Below, one piece after another: positions 9,867-20,052 of a stretch of DNA of 64,000 bases. Below the pieces are notes generated by a model. That model had not been told where the DNA came from, ran no database searches, and was given only the letters and a program-made list of their open reading frames with translations. The DNA is from Myxococcota bacterium (GTDB lineage Bacteria; Myxococcota_A; UBA796; SXON01): assembly GCA_040386535.1 (NCBI GenBank), contig JAZKFH010000038.1, positions 123,191 to 187,190 of the forward strand, given 5' to 3'. How positions within the stretch are numbered: the stretch's first letter is position 1; each line of letters opens with the position of its first letter. A program made the translations under genes and the position numbers.

Positions 9867-9956
9867 TGTGCTCTCCACGAGAGCAGATATCGGTCCCGCC
9901 GCGGAGCTCCGGTGACCGTTCGGTGATCTCGTGGTGATCCCGTTTGGGACGCCGGG

Positions 9957-12434
9957 TTATCGCCCCGTCGACCTCGCCTCTTCGAGCGTGACCTCCACGA
10001 ACCGGGCCTCCGATCGCGCGCGCATCGAGCCGCCGGAGGCCCGCGCGATCGCCGCCGTCAACACCGGCACGAGCGCGGCCAGCACGGGCTCGTCGTGCCC
10101 GGTCGCGAGCGCCTGGAGCGTCGCGAGGCCGTCGCGCGCGTCCGCGAGGCTGCCGGCTTCGGCGTCGACCCCGACCCGTGCGGCGAGCAAGAGGCCCCGG
10201 TGGCGCACGGGGATCGGCGCGTACGCCAGGCCGCGGTCGATCCAGGAGCGCGCGGCGGCGGCGCGCCCCGCGAACCGCGCGGTCGTCGCGAGCCCCCAGC
10301 ACGCCCAGCTCGCGAGGCGCGCGTTCGTGTCGGCCTCCTGGAGCAGGCGCCCGAAGCCGGCAGCCGCGACGTCGAGGCGGCCCGCGAGGAGCGCGGCGGT
10401 GGCGCGGTTGCCGGCCGCGACCGTCGCGAGCATCGGGAGGCCGGCGCTCCGCGTGGCGGACTCCACGGCGGCGAAGGCGGCCTCGGCGGTGTCCGCGCGG
10501 CCGGCGTCGAGGTGGGCGGCGGCGAGGTTCAGCCGAAGGGTGTAGGTCTGCGACGGCAGGCCCAGGGCTTCGTACGTGGCAAGCGCGAGCTCGAGCAGCT
10601 CGGTGGCCTCCTTCGGCTCGCCCGCGTGCAGGTGGCCGACGGCCTGGTTCGCGAGGAGCACGGCGCGGGGCAGATCGGCGTCGGCGGGGAGGCCGGCGAG
10701 GGCCGCGCGGAGCACCCGTTGGGCCCCTCCCGCGTCGCCGGCACGCCGGAGCACGATGGCGTAGGCGTTGGCGGCCGTGGCGGCGCAGACGGGGTCCCCG
10801 AGGGTCTCCGCCTCGGATGCCAGGGCGCGTGCCTGCTCCCGCACATCGACGGCGCCTGCGTCGGCGCGCGCCGCGAGCAGAATTGCCTCGGCCCGCGCCA
10901 CCTCCGCACGCGGCACCTTGGCGAGCCCCCGGCCAGCTGCGCCTGCCTGGGCGGCCACCGCGTCCAGATCGGCGCGCGCGCGCTCGGTCAGGCCTCCCCG
11001 CGCCGCCAGGGCCGCGCGACGCACGCGCAGGATCGGGGCCTCCGCGCCGTCGAGGAGCCGCAGGCCCGCGGGGACGTCTCCCACCACGTCGAGCAGGGTG
11101 GCCGCCACGAGCAGCGCGTCGGGCGTGCCGATGGCCGCGAGCTCCGGGAGCCAGCGCCGCAGGGTGGGGATGGCGCCGGGGTCGGGGCGCGACGGCAGGC
11201 GCGCCGCGAGGGGCGTGAGCCGGGGGACGAGGGCGGCGGCGAGCCGGGCCAGGGCTGCGGCACGGGCCTCGGGCTCACGCACGGCGAGCCACGCCCGCAG
11301 GCTCTCCCCGAGGTGGAACCCGCCCGCGTGTGCGCCCACCAGGGCGTGCGCGAGCAGCCGCTCGAGCGCGGTGCCAATCCAGGCGGCCCCTGTCGGCACC
11401 GTGCCCGCAGCCCCCGGCTCCGCCACCCCCTCCGCGTCCGCCAGGGAGAAGGGCCCCGAGAACACGGAGAGCGCGACCAGCGCGCGCCGGTCCGCAGGGT
11501 CGAGCTGGTCCCACGACCACGCGAACATCGCGTCCAGGTCGGGCATGACCACGAAGCGGGCGTGCAGCCGCCCCAGCAGCACGTCCGGCGGCAGCACGGG
11601 CGCCCGGGCCGCCGCTAGCTCGACGGCGCGCGGGTTGTGGTCGAGCCGGGCCACGAGGGCGCGCAGCTCGGGCGTGTCCGTGACGAGGGTGCCCGTTCGC
11701 GACGCCTCGCTCCGGTAGAGCGCCGCCGCCTCGTCCGAGGAGAGCGGCAGGACTGGCAGCACCCGCTCCTGCGGCAGGTCGAGCGTGCGCCGGGAGGTCA
11801 CGACGATCCGAAGCGCAGGCGCATGTTCCAGCCAGCCCGGGAGGACGCCGCGGAGCGCCTCGACGGCCCCTTCCGCCCCGTCGAGCAGCACCGGCTGGGT
11901 GCGCGCGGCGAGCCCGGCGGCGACGGCCGCGTTCCCCGAGTGTCCGAGCGCAAGCGCGGTGGCAACGGCCTCCTCGACCGACACCCCCACCCGGAGCGGC
12001 ACCCGGAGCGCGGAGAGCCGCGCGGCGAGCCAGCTCTTGCCGATGCCGGCGGGGCCGTGGAGCGTCACCACGCGATGGTGCGCGACCGCGTCCTGGAGGG
12101 CCACCAGCCGCGGGTCGGCCTCGTCGCCCATCCGGACGACCGGCGCCACGAACCGGTAGCCGCGGCGGGGCACGGTCTCCACGAACCGGGGCGCCGCCTC
12201 GTCGTCCTCCAGGGCGGTGCGCAGCTTGCGCAGCGTCTGGGTGACCGCCGACTCGCCCACGGCAACCCCCCACACCTCCCGCATGAGCCGCCCGCGCTCG
12301 AGCAGATCCCCGGGGTGCGACACGAGGTGGTGGAGCACCTCGAGCACCCGCGGCTGCGCCGGCACCTCGGCCCCCGCGCGGGTGAGCCGCCACTGGCGGG
12401 TGTCGAGCTCGAACTCGCCGAATTGGTAGCGCAT
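9957..12434 (-). CDS. Transcriptional regulator: OmpR/CadC-type winged helix + STAND-type P-loop ATPase + TPR
   Basis: YQFGEFELD...LRKLRTALEDD..PRFVETVPRRGYRF; GPAGIGKS; LLDGAE; IVVTSR; PRAVELAAAR; WSWDQL; C-terminal helical repeats. Confidence 0.88.
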   Translation of the reverse strand: MRYQFGEFELDTRQWRLTRAGAEVPAQPRVLEVLHHLVSHPGDLLERGRLMREVWGVAVGESAVTQTLRKLRTALEDDEAAPRFVETVPRRGYRFVAPVVRMGDEADPRLVALQDAVAHHRVVTLHGPAGIGKSWLAARLSALRVPLRVGVSVEEAVATALALGHSGNAAVAAGLAARTQPVLLDGAEGAVEALRGVLPGWLEHAPALRIVVTSRRTLDLPQERVLPVLPLSSDEAAALYRSEASRTGTLVTDTPELRALVARLDHNPRAVELAAARAPVLPPDVLLGRLHARFVVMPDLDAMFAWSWDQLDPADRRALVALSVFSGPFSLADAEGVAEPGAAGTVPTGAAWIGTALERLLAHALVGAHAGGFHLGESLRAWLAVREPEARAAALARLAAALVPRLTPLAARLPSRPDPGAIPTLRRWLPELAAIGTPDALLVAATLLDVVGDVPAGLRLLDGAEAPILRVRRAALAARGGLTERARADLDAVAAQAGAAGRGLAKVPRAEVARAEAILLAARADAGAVDVREQARALASEAETLGDPVCAATAANAYAIVLRRAGDAGGAQRVLRAALAGLPADADLPRAVLLANQAVGHLHAGEPKEATELLELALATYEALGLPSQTYTLRLNLAAAHLDAGRADTAEAAFAAVESATRSAGLPMLATVAAGNRATAALLAGRLDVAAAGFGRLLQEADTNARLASWACWGLATTARFAGRAAAARSWIDRGLAYAPIPVRHRGLLLAARVGVDAEAGSLADARDGLATLQALATGHDEPVLAALVPVLTAAIARASGGSMRARSEARFVEVTLEEARSTGR

Positions 12435-12487
12435 TCCGGAGGGGGGTGGGCGGCGAGTCTAACCGATGTGTCGGCGCTCCCTCCTCG

Positions 12488-13936
12488 TCAGGACGGCCCG
12501 CGCGGCTCCACGCGCTGCACGGGCGGCGGCGCCCAGGTACCGTCGAGCACGCGCTCCTCGGGCCAATACAGCCGCATCATCAGTTGGAAATCCTCCTTGG
12601 GGGCCGGCAGCCAGTTGTTCTCCAGCGCCTTGCCCGGTGACACGTCCTGGATGTACAAGTCGAGCGAACCATCGGCGTTGTACTTCAGATCCTGGCGCGG
12701 GCTGATGCTGTAGCGCTGGATTGGGTTCTCCACGAAGAAGAACGCCGGATCGTACAGCGTGACGGACCAGAAGCCCTCGACGGGGGGCGTCTCTCCCTTC
12801 TCGAAGTGGAGCACGTAGGCGTTCTCCCCGTCGAGCGGCCGCCCCTCCCCGTCCACCGTGGTCACCGGGTACACCGCGTCCGCCGGGAGGTTGGCGCCCA
12901 GGCCCGCCGCCGCGACGAAGGCGCGCTGCAGGTAGTCGGTGCCGTACTTGCCCGTGTCGGTCATCACGGTCCAACCGTTGACCTCGCGGCCCGCCTTGGC
13001 CTTCTGGTTCATGATCTGTTGGAGCGCGGCCTCGGGCGCGTCCTCGACCGCGGCGCGGACCGTCGCGTCCGGTGGCGTGAACGGCTGCCCGGCGACGATG
13101 CCGATCCTCTCCATCCGCGCGACCATCGTCGCGTCGTCCTCGGCGGGCGGGTTGTCCGCCATGAGCGTCGCGAGGCGGCCGAAGAACTCCTCGCCACTCA
13201 GCGCGTGCACCTGGTCGCGCACCGCCGTCTTCATGTCGACGTTGGGATCGACCGTGCCGGGCGGCGGCGTGTACGGCGTGCCGTAGGCCTCGAGCGGCAC
13301 GAGCTGGTATTGGTCCTGCAACGCGTGCACGGCGGCGTAGTCATCGGGCGTGCCCGTCGAATAGGTCCGGCCGAGGATCCACACCAGGTTGGTGGGTGCC
13401 GCGACCCGTGTCATCCCCTCGGGAACGTCGCCTTCCCACCCCGGTCCTGTCAACAGGTACGTCTGGGCCTTGGTGCCGGTGGTGCGCGTGCCGGGTACGT
13501 CGAACACCTCCGTCCACGCCGACAGCATGGGCATCAGGTAGTAGCGGTCGCCCTCCGCGGGCAGGCTCAGCACCATCGGCTGCGCTCCGAGATCGAGCCA
13601 CGCCGTCGAATAGAGGGTATCCGCGTTGGGCGCCGTGACGGTACGGAACGAAGCGTCCGGGTACTGGCGGAGATTGGCGAATTGCCCCATGGGGGCCTTC
13701 CCGCCTTCCGGCTTCTCCACGTTGGTGGAGACGCGCCGTGTCAGGTCCATCGTCACGATCGGGTAGCCGTAGATGTAGGCGTCGATCGCGGCGGCGCGGG
13801 CCTCCTCCTCCTCGTCGGTCGCGGGCGCGGCGACGGTCTCTGGGGACGCGGCGGGGGCCTCTTCGGGGGCCGGGCCGGGCCCGCGTGCGAGGCAGGCTTG
13901 GGAGAAGAGGAGAACGGTACAGAGAGGGGCTTTCAT
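12488..13936 (-). CDS. DUF1254/DUF1214 domain exported protein
   Basis: AYIYGYP, PNADTLYSTAWLDL, FWSVTLYD, NWLPAP, MRLYWP. Confidence 0.92.
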   Translation of the reverse strand: MKAPLCTVLLFSQACLARGPGPAPEEAPAASPETVAAPATDEEEEARAAAIDAYIYGYPIVTMDLTRRVSTNVEKPEGGKAPMGQFANLRQYPDASFRTVTAPNADTLYSTAWLDLGAQPMVLSLPAEGDRYYLMPMLSAWTEVFDVPGTRTTGTKAQTYLLTGPGWEGDVPEGMTRVAAPTNLVWILGRTYSTGTPDDYAAVHALQDQYQLVPLEAYGTPYTPPPGTVDPNVDMKTAVRDQVHALSGEEFFGRLATLMADNPPAEDDATMVARMERIGIVAGQPFTPPDATVRAAVEDAPEAALQQIMNQKAKAGREVNGWTVMTDTGKYGTDYLQRAFVAAAGLGANLPADAVYPVTTVDGEGRPLDGENAYVLHFEKGETPPVEGFWSVTLYDPAFFFVENPIQRYSISPRQDLKYNADGSLDLYIQDVSPGKALENNWLPAPKEDFQLMMRLYWPEERVLDGTWAPPPVQRVEPRGPS

Positions 13937-14246
13937 GCCTGGGTTGTAGGCACCCGGCCAGGCGGGGGTTGTCGGGAAGGTTCACGGGGGCGCAGCCCGC
14001 GGGGACGCGGGCCGGGTGCCTTGCGGGGTCGGGCTTCGCCCTCCGTCGTCCGGCCGCGCGCCGGCCGACGGGCGCGGGCCACAGACATGGGGGTGTGCAT
14101 CGACGCCCGCGCGGCCCGCGCCCCCCTCCAGTCTCCCTTGCGCGGGGTGGCCTTCGGCCCATCTCCCCCGCGTCGTGCGCAAGCAAGGCCCGCGTTCGTG
14201 GTGCACCGCCCCGCGCCTCGGTAAGAGTGCCGACCTACGGGAAAGC

Positions 14247-15608
14247 ATGATCCGCCAACACAAGGTCGCGCAGGCGCTCGGGCAGCTGTCCAAGGGTGAA
14301 CTACAAGGTCTGGTCGCGCTGTTCGAGCTGCCGGGGACCTGGTCGCGCGCCACCAAGGACGATCTCGCGCAGGCCCTCTCCGAGCTCGAGCCGGGCGACC
14401 TGTTCGACGCCATCGCGCGCGACCGGCTCCGCGCCATGCTCGTCGCGCTCGACCTCCCCGCGTCGGGCCTCAAGGCGGAGCTCGTCGAGCGCCTCGCCGT
14501 TGCGTGCGGCGCGGCGCCGTCGGACCGAAGTGAGGAAGCGGCAGACGAACCCGACGACGACGAGGAGGAGGACCCGGCGCAGGTCCGCCTCGCCGAAGTG
14601 CTCGCGGAGGCGTTCAGCCGGGATTTGCTGGTGGAGATCGCGGTCGATCGCCTCGGCGACGAGGACGTTCGCGCAGGCTGGTCGGGGATGCGCGTCGCGC
14701 GGGAGCTTGTCCGCTACCAGGACGAGGACCTGGGACGCGCCTTGCGTGTCGACGACGTGCAGCACCTTCTGGCGGCGCGGGGCCTGCCCACGCAGGGTCG
14801 TAAAGCGGAGCTGTTCGCCGCGCTGCTCGCGTGGGCGGCCGAGGAGCCGGCGACGGCGGTGGCGCCGCCCCCGGCGTTTGCCGCGTTGATGGTGGGGCCT
14901 GGCGCGACAGGCGTCCACACGCTCAAGGCGGTGCTCATCGGGAACCAATCGTACGGGGGTGCGGACGGCCTCAACAACCCCGCGAAGGACGTGCGCGACC
15001 TCGCGGCGGTGCTCCGCGGCCTGGGACACGAGGTGTCCGCACACCTCGATCTGGACGCCAAGGGCATGAAGAAGGTGCTGCGCGACTTCGCCAAGGGCCT
15101 CACGGACACCGACGCCGTGTTGTTCTACTTCTCGGGGCACGGCCTCGAACACCACGGCCGGAACTGGCTGCTTCCCGTCGACTTCGGAGACGCGCAGCCG
15201 GAGGAGCTGCCCGACGAGGCCGTCGACGTGGAGCGCGTGCTCCGGATGTTCAGCCACCAGCGCTTCCGGGTGTGCATCCTCGACGCGTGCCGCTACAACA
15301 CCTATGGGACGAGGATGCGCGGGGCCAGCGGCGCTGGTTTGGGAGCCATCGCGCCGCCCGATCCGGAGGGCACTGAGGGCACGCTGATCTGCTTCGCCAC
15401 GGCGCCGGGCCGGGTCGCGAGCGACGGCGTGCCCGGCACCAACGGGCTGTACACCGCCGCGCTGCTGGCGAGCCTGCCCGTGCCCGGCAGGCGGATCGAG
15501 GATGTGCTCAAGGCGGTCCGCAAGCGCGTGTCCGACGCCACCGCCGGGAAGCAGGTTCCGTGGGAGCACAGCAGCCTGACCGGCGATTGGTACCCGGCCG
15601 GGATGTGA
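14247..15608 (+). CDS. Caspase-family (peptidase C14) protein with N-terminal SAP-like repeats
   Basis: AVLIGNQSY..LNNPAKD, FYFSGHG (His), ILDACR (Cys), FATAPG, QVPW. Two SAP-like motifs: LDLPASGLKAELVERL and RGLPTQGRKAELFAAL. Confidence 0.9.
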   Translation: MIRQHKVAQALGQLSKGELQGLVALFELPGTWSRATKDDLAQALSELEPGDLFDAIARDRLRAMLVALDLPASGLKAELVERLAVACGAAPSDRSEEAADEPDDDEEEDPAQVRLAEVLAEAFSRDLLVEIAVDRLGDEDVRAGWSGMRVARELVRYQDEDLGRALRVDDVQHLLAARGLPTQGRKAELFAALLAWAAEEPATAVAPPPAFAALMVGPGATGVHTLKAVLIGNQSYGGADGLNNPAKDVRDLAAVLRGLGHEVSAHLDLDAKGMKKVLRDFAKGLTDTDAVLFYFSGHGLEHHGRNWLLPVDFGDAQPEELPDEAVDVERVLRMFSHQRFRVCILDACRYNTYGTRMRGASGAGLGAIAPPDPEGTEGTLICFATAPGRVASDGVPGTNGLYTAALLASLPVPGRRIEDVLKAVRKRVSDATAGKQVPWEHSSLTGDWYPAGM

Positions 15609-15668
15609 CCCACGCGGCGGTCGGCGCCGCGCCGGGCACCGCCGCGCGCGTGGTCGCCCAAACCAAAT

Positions 15669-18278
15669 CTACCGCCAATCTCCCACCACCACGAACGGCG
15701 CCCAATAGAACGGGTGGGAAAATTCCTTGCTCGCGAGCAGCGTCTGTTGCGCCACTTGCAGGGCGCGACCGATGTCGTCGCCCTTGCCGAGGCGGGTGTA
15801 GAACGCTGTCATGAGCGCGTGGGTGCCAACGTCGGAGACGCTCCAGAGGCTGGCGATGAGCGTCTCGACACCGGCGCGGCGGAATTGGCCGGCGAGGCCG
15901 TTGACCGCCATGGCGGGGCGGCCCGCGGTCAGATCGCCCGGGAGGCCCGACTCGCACGCGGAGAGCACGACGAGGCGCGTCTTGTCGAGCCAGGTGCCGA
16001 GGCCGGGGATCTCGCGGTAGCCGAGCACGCCCTCGGGCCCGGGGTAGCCGGTGAGCACGATGTGACTGCGGTCGGGAAAGGTGGCGTCGAGGATGCCGTG
16101 GGTGGCGAGGTGCACGAGGGTGCGGCCGGCGCACGCTTCGAGCACGGGGACACGTTTGCCTTGGTCGCCGACCAGCACGGTTGCGGCTTTGTAGAGGGCG
16201 CCGATGGCCTCGACCTCGGCCTTTGCGCCCGGCAATGTGCCGTCCGGATTGCCGACCAGGAGCAGGCTCTTGGCGTCGATCTTGAAGCGGTTGGCCGCTT
16301 TTCCTGGCACCGCGCGCAACGAGCCGACGTGTGTCACGCAGGCGACGGCGGCCTTGTCGATGAGCCAGGCGCCCTCGTGGCGGAGCAGCGCGAACGGGAG
16401 CTGCCGGAACACGCCCGTGGCCGAGACGACCACGGTGGTGGCGGTGGCGAGCTCGTCGGCGATGGGGGCGTAGAGCAATTCTCCGAGGGCGTCGCACTGG
16501 GTGCGGGTCCACTCCGGGTCCCACGTGTCGGCGGCGCGCAGGCTGCGGGCGACGGCGTAGACTTGTTTGGAGAGCGCCTCGTTGGTGACGACGACCTCGC
16601 GCACCGCGAGCCGCTCGCGCCGGTACACGAGCAGCACCAGCTTGGTCGGCAAACTCACCGGCTGCACGACGACGACGCCCACGGGGAGCTCGGTGCGGAC
16701 GGATTCCAGGTCCTCCGGGTCGGTGCGGACCAGCTCGGCGAAGTGGGGGTAGGTGGCGCGGAGCTCGTCGACCTTGGTGGCGAATTGCGCCTGCACGGCG
16801 GCGAGCTGCTGGCGGAGCGCGGTCGCTTGGGTGGGGGAGGCGCCGGCCAACTCGCGCTGGAGCCAAATCTGGCGGTCGGAGAGGGCGCGCAAATCGGCGG
16901 AGACGGCGTCGTCCGGGACGGGGGGCTCGTCGTGATCGGCCAACGCCATCTGCTCGGCGGCGACGGCGGCGCCGCGCATGTCCCCGCCGCCCAGGCTCGC
17001 CTCCACGACGGCCTCGTAGACGGCAGCGTATTCGGCGCGGAACAGCCGTGCCTCCTCGGGGCCGAGGCTGCGGCGGGTGGCCTCGAGCACGTCGACGGCC
17101 TTGCGGAGGAGCGCCAGGCCGGGCTCTTTGCGCCCGGCGGCGAGCGCGACGCGGCCTTCGAGAAAATCGGCGCGCCACCCGGTCGTGCCGAGGCCGCCGG
17201 AGAGGGTGCGGGCCTCGGCGGCGAGCTTGACGGCCTCGTCGGGCGACGTCCGCCAAACCAACCCGGCGAGGTTCAGCGCGGCGGTGGCGCGGATGCGCGG
17301 GTCCTTGGCGGCCGTGTAGAGCTTGCGGTACTCGGCGGCGTCGGGGGTGCCGAGCAGGGCGCGTTGGAGGGCGATGGCGACGGCGTCGTCGGGGCGGCCG
17401 GCTTGGACGAGCATGGCCTCGGCCCGAGCGTACAGCTCCTTCGCACGCTTGGTGTCACCCTTGCGATGGTATACCGTGGCAAGATTGGCCGTGAGCGCGG
17501 CGGCGCGGCGCACGTCGGGAGTTGGCCCCTGGGTGTCGGCGAGGGCGCGCTCGTAGAGGGGGCCGGCCAGATCGTCGAGGCCGAGCGATTGGAGCACGAT
17601 GCCGAGGTCGTTGCTGGCGTCGACGCTGCCGAGGCGGTCCTTGCCGGCCTGGAACAGGGTGACCGCCTCTTCCAGCGCGGCGCGAGCGTCGCGGAGGCGG
17701 CCGGCGCGGCGGTGCGCGAGGCCGGCGTTGGTGAGCGCGTCGGCGCGCCCGAGATCGTCGCCGAGGGAGAGGAACAGGGCGCGGGCGGCGTCGAACGCCT
17801 TGCCGGCCTCGTCGGGGCGGCCGAGCGCCATGCGGGCGAGCCCGAGGTTGCTGGCGGCGTTGGCGGCGAGCGCGGGATCGTTGGCGGCGCGGGCGGCGTC
17901 GAACGCGGCCTTGAGCTTGTCGGCGGCCGCCGGCGCGTCGCCCACCGCGAGCAGCCACAGCCCGCGATCGTTGGCCACCCGCGCCGCCAGGAGCCCGGTC
18001 TTCTCGGCCTCGTCGAGCTTTGCGCCCGCGAGGTCCACGCGGCCCTGCTGGCGGTAGGCGGCGGCGAGCCGCAGGAGCAATTCGACGCGCGCGGTGGGGT
18101 CGGTGGTGGCGGGGAGCGCGGCTTCCCAGGCGGTGATGGCGCTGGGGAGATCGCCGCGGGCCCAGGCGGCGTGGCCATCTTCGAGGGGCGCTGCGAGGGG
18201 GCCGGCCCAGGCGGGGAGCGCGGCGACGGCGGCGAGGCCGACGAGGAGGGTGAGGAAGTCGCGGCGGGGGAGGGGCAT
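15669..18278 (-). CDS. Tat-exported TPR-CHAT domain protease
   Basis: Twin-arginine signal MPLPRRDFL..AWA; multiple TPRs; CHAT motifs LPFALL, VHLATHG, VVLSACES, SLWSVSD, HPFYWAPF. Confidence 0.92.
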   Translation of the reverse strand: MPLPRRDFLTLLVGLAAVAALPAWAGPLAAPLEDGHAAWARGDLPSAITAWEAALPATTDPTARVELLLRLAAAYRQQGRVDLAGAKLDEAEKTGLLAARVANDRGLWLLAVGDAPAAADKLKAAFDAARAANDPALAANAASNLGLARMALGRPDEAGKAFDAARALFLSLGDDLGRADALTNAGLAHRRAGRLRDARAALEEAVTLFQAGKDRLGSVDASNDLGIVLQSLGLDDLAGPLYERALADTQGPTPDVRRAAALTANLATVYHRKGDTKRAKELYARAEAMLVQAGRPDDAVAIALQRALLGTPDAAEYRKLYTAAKDPRIRATAALNLAGLVWRTSPDEAVKLAAEARTLSGGLGTTGWRADFLEGRVALAAGRKEPGLALLRKAVDVLEATRRSLGPEEARLFRAEYAAVYEAVVEASLGGGDMRGAAVAAEQMALADHDEPPVPDDAVSADLRALSDRQIWLQRELAGASPTQATALRQQLAAVQAQFATKVDELRATYPHFAELVRTDPEDLESVRTELPVGVVVVQPVSLPTKLVLLVYRRERLAVREVVVTNEALSKQVYAVARSLRAADTWDPEWTRTQCDALGELLYAPIADELATATTVVVSATGVFRQLPFALLRHEGAWLIDKAAVACVTHVGSLRAVPGKAANRFKIDAKSLLLVGNPDGTLPGAKAEVEAIGALYKAATVLVGDQGKRVPVLEACAGRTLVHLATHGILDATFPDRSHIVLTGYPGPEGVLGYREIPGLGTWLDKTRLVVLSACESGLPGDLTAGRPAMAVNGLAGQFRRAGVETLIASLWSVSDVGTHALMTAFYTRLGKGDDIGRALQVAQQTLLASKEFSHPFYWAPFVVVGDWR

Positions 18279-18440
18279 GGGGCTCGAAGGGTACACGGAG
18301 GTGGCTGGTGTCCGGTGCGTAACGGAGTGGGCGTCCGGTCGTATACACTGCCTGCCACCGCCCGCCCGGCCGCCTCCCGCGCCGAAGTTCGGCTCACCGC
18401 CCGCTTCCAGGTTAGGTTCCTGGGCACCGGAGAGGGCTGG

Positions 18441-18740
18441 ATGCCTCGCACTCCAACTGCCGTCCTGTTCGCATTGCTGTCGGTCCACTGTGACGCGGGT
18501 CGGGCGTCGCTGCCGGAGATCCCCGACGGAGTGGGCGCTCCCTGCGAGCTTTCGTCGCAATGCCGCGACGGCTTGGTGTGTATAGCTGAGGCCGCGCCTG
18601 GTGCTGGATATGAAGAATCGGTGGTGGGTACATGCGGCGTCGCATGCGAGAGCAACGACGAGTGCCTGTTCGATACCCCCTGCCATTGGTGCGAGACGCG
18701 AACCAGTCCTCCGTTCTGCTCCTTTGATGGTTGTAAGTAG
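18441..18740 (+). CDS. Small Cys-rich exported protein/lipoprotein
   Basis: Signal-like N-terminus followed by GAPC....C..GLVC..C...C....EC. It is the real tail of the long antisense ORF 15714..18740. Confidence 0.55.
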   Translation: MPRTPTAVLFALLSVHCDAGRASLPEIPDGVGAPCELSSQCRDGLVCIAEAAPGAGYEESVVGTCGVACESNDECLFDTPCHWCETRTSPPFCSFDGCK

Positions 18741-18975
18741 TGTGGCCTATGCGCGACGGCGCGTGCGAACATCGTCCTTCGAGGCAAGACGTCAAATCAG
18801 ACACGGCCGGGGGCACCGGGGTGGCGCCTGAGCGTGCGAAAGGCGCGCACGTTGGAGCCGGTCACGGTGCCGGTGCGGTGGGATGTCGGGCGGGGGTTGG
18901 TGGAGGTTGGCGGCGGGGAGTAGGGGCTGCGGAGGAGCCGCCTTCGGTGTCAGCGTAGGTTCGCCTCGTGCGCCT

Positions 18976-19674
18976 TCACTCGTCCAGGCGAAGGGCCGCC
19001 CGCAGCTCGCGCTCGTGAATCGTCAGCCGGACGACCAACACATCATCGGCGTACCACGTCCGCGGATCGTTGCGGGCCGTGCCGGAGGCGACGGTGCCCG
19101 CGACTCCAATGGCGACTCCAGCAAAACCCACGCCCGCCATCGCGAGCCCCGAGTTTGCCATTGTGAGGTCGTGTTCGGGCGTCACGTACGCCACTCCGAG
19201 CCCGGTCAGGAAGGTCAAACAGCCGAAGCCTGCGATGACGGCGCCGGTGGCGATCGAGCCGCCCCAGATTGCCTTTTGCATGCGCCGAATCTTCACGAAT
19301 TCTGTGTAGGTCGGCTGGTCGCCCAGGCGGAGCATGACCGTGCTCGCGTCGAGCCGCTGATCGAAATAGTCGACGACCGAGCCGTCCGGCTCCAGGAACA
19401 TCGCCTTTGACGCGTAGAGTTCATCGGCGACTCGACGGGTGGGCTCTGGTTCACGAACGAGCGTGTTTTGCCCGCTGTCGTGATCGGCTGCCAGGGCGGG
19501 TAAAAGGAGTAGAAGCAACGTCGCCTCGGTTGACTTGACCGGGGGAGGGTGCCCCGGAGCCGCTGAAGAAGTCAAGGAACGCGGCGAGACAGGGCTGCGT
19601 GCCGGGCGCCGAGGAAGGGGTCCGTCCACGCTCCGGGGCAGATCTCGACACCCACCTCCCCAACCCGAAGCCAT
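18976..19674 (-). CDS. Hypothetical membrane/exported protein (start uncertain, probably nearer 19540)
   Basis: Signal-like LLLLLLPALA and two hydrophobic helices; atypical codon usage; the 5' part of the ORF runs through repeat DNA. Confidence 0.5.
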   Translation of the reverse strand: MASGWGGGCRDLPRSVDGPLPRRPARSPVSPRSLTSSAAPGHPPPVKSTEATLLLLLLPALAADHDSGQNTLVREPEPTRRVADELYASKAMFLEPDGSVVDYFDQRLDASTVMLRLGDQPTYTEFVKIRRMQKAIWGGSIATGAVIAGFGCLTFLTGLGVAYVTPEHDLTMANSGLAMAGVGFAGVAIGVAGTVASGTARNDPRTWYADDVLVVRLTIHERELRAALRLDE

Positions 19675-20040
19675 GCCCCCACGAACGCCTGTTTTCCGGA
19701 GTCATGCCACCACGAATGCGCATCTCCGCCCCTCCCGAGCCGCCATGGCCAGGCGCTCGACGGACCAACGCCGAGCTTTCGCTTGGCCGCGCCGCCAAAC
19801 GTGCATTCAACCTGGCATGACTCGGGGAAACGTTCATTGGCAAGGGCATGACCCCGTTCGCTGCCGCGACGGGGGTGCGGCCGTGGCCCGCCCACCGCAC
19901 AAACCAATTCCCCCGCGCGAGGTGCGTGCAGGGCGGCCGCCCCGCGGCCGGTCGGCCCGGCCGACGGAGCCCGGAGGGCGACCCCGGAACGGACCGGCCC
20001 CGGGCGCCTCGCCCGGGGTCGCGCCCATCCGTCGCGATCC
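19669..20040. repeat. Composite repeat copy A: GTCATGCC/GGCATGAC nested-palindrome core plus forward GC-rich arm
   Basis: GCCATGCCCC 19670, GAGTCATGCC 19699, GGCATGACTC 19814, GGGCATGACC 19844; shares GCATTCAACC with copies B and C; arm motif at about 19912-19955. Confidence 0.75.
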
Positions 20041-20052
20041 AAGCCCCGCGCC

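Noticed and set aside
15669..18278. TPR-CHAT as Csx29/Craspase component
   Set aside because: No Cas7-11 or array nearby; a Tat signal and the CHASE2/DUF928-like context indicate another system.
15714..18440. Most of the 1008-aa plus-strand ORF
   Set aside because: Antisense to the CHAT gene; only the last 99 aa from ATG 18441 look like a real protein.
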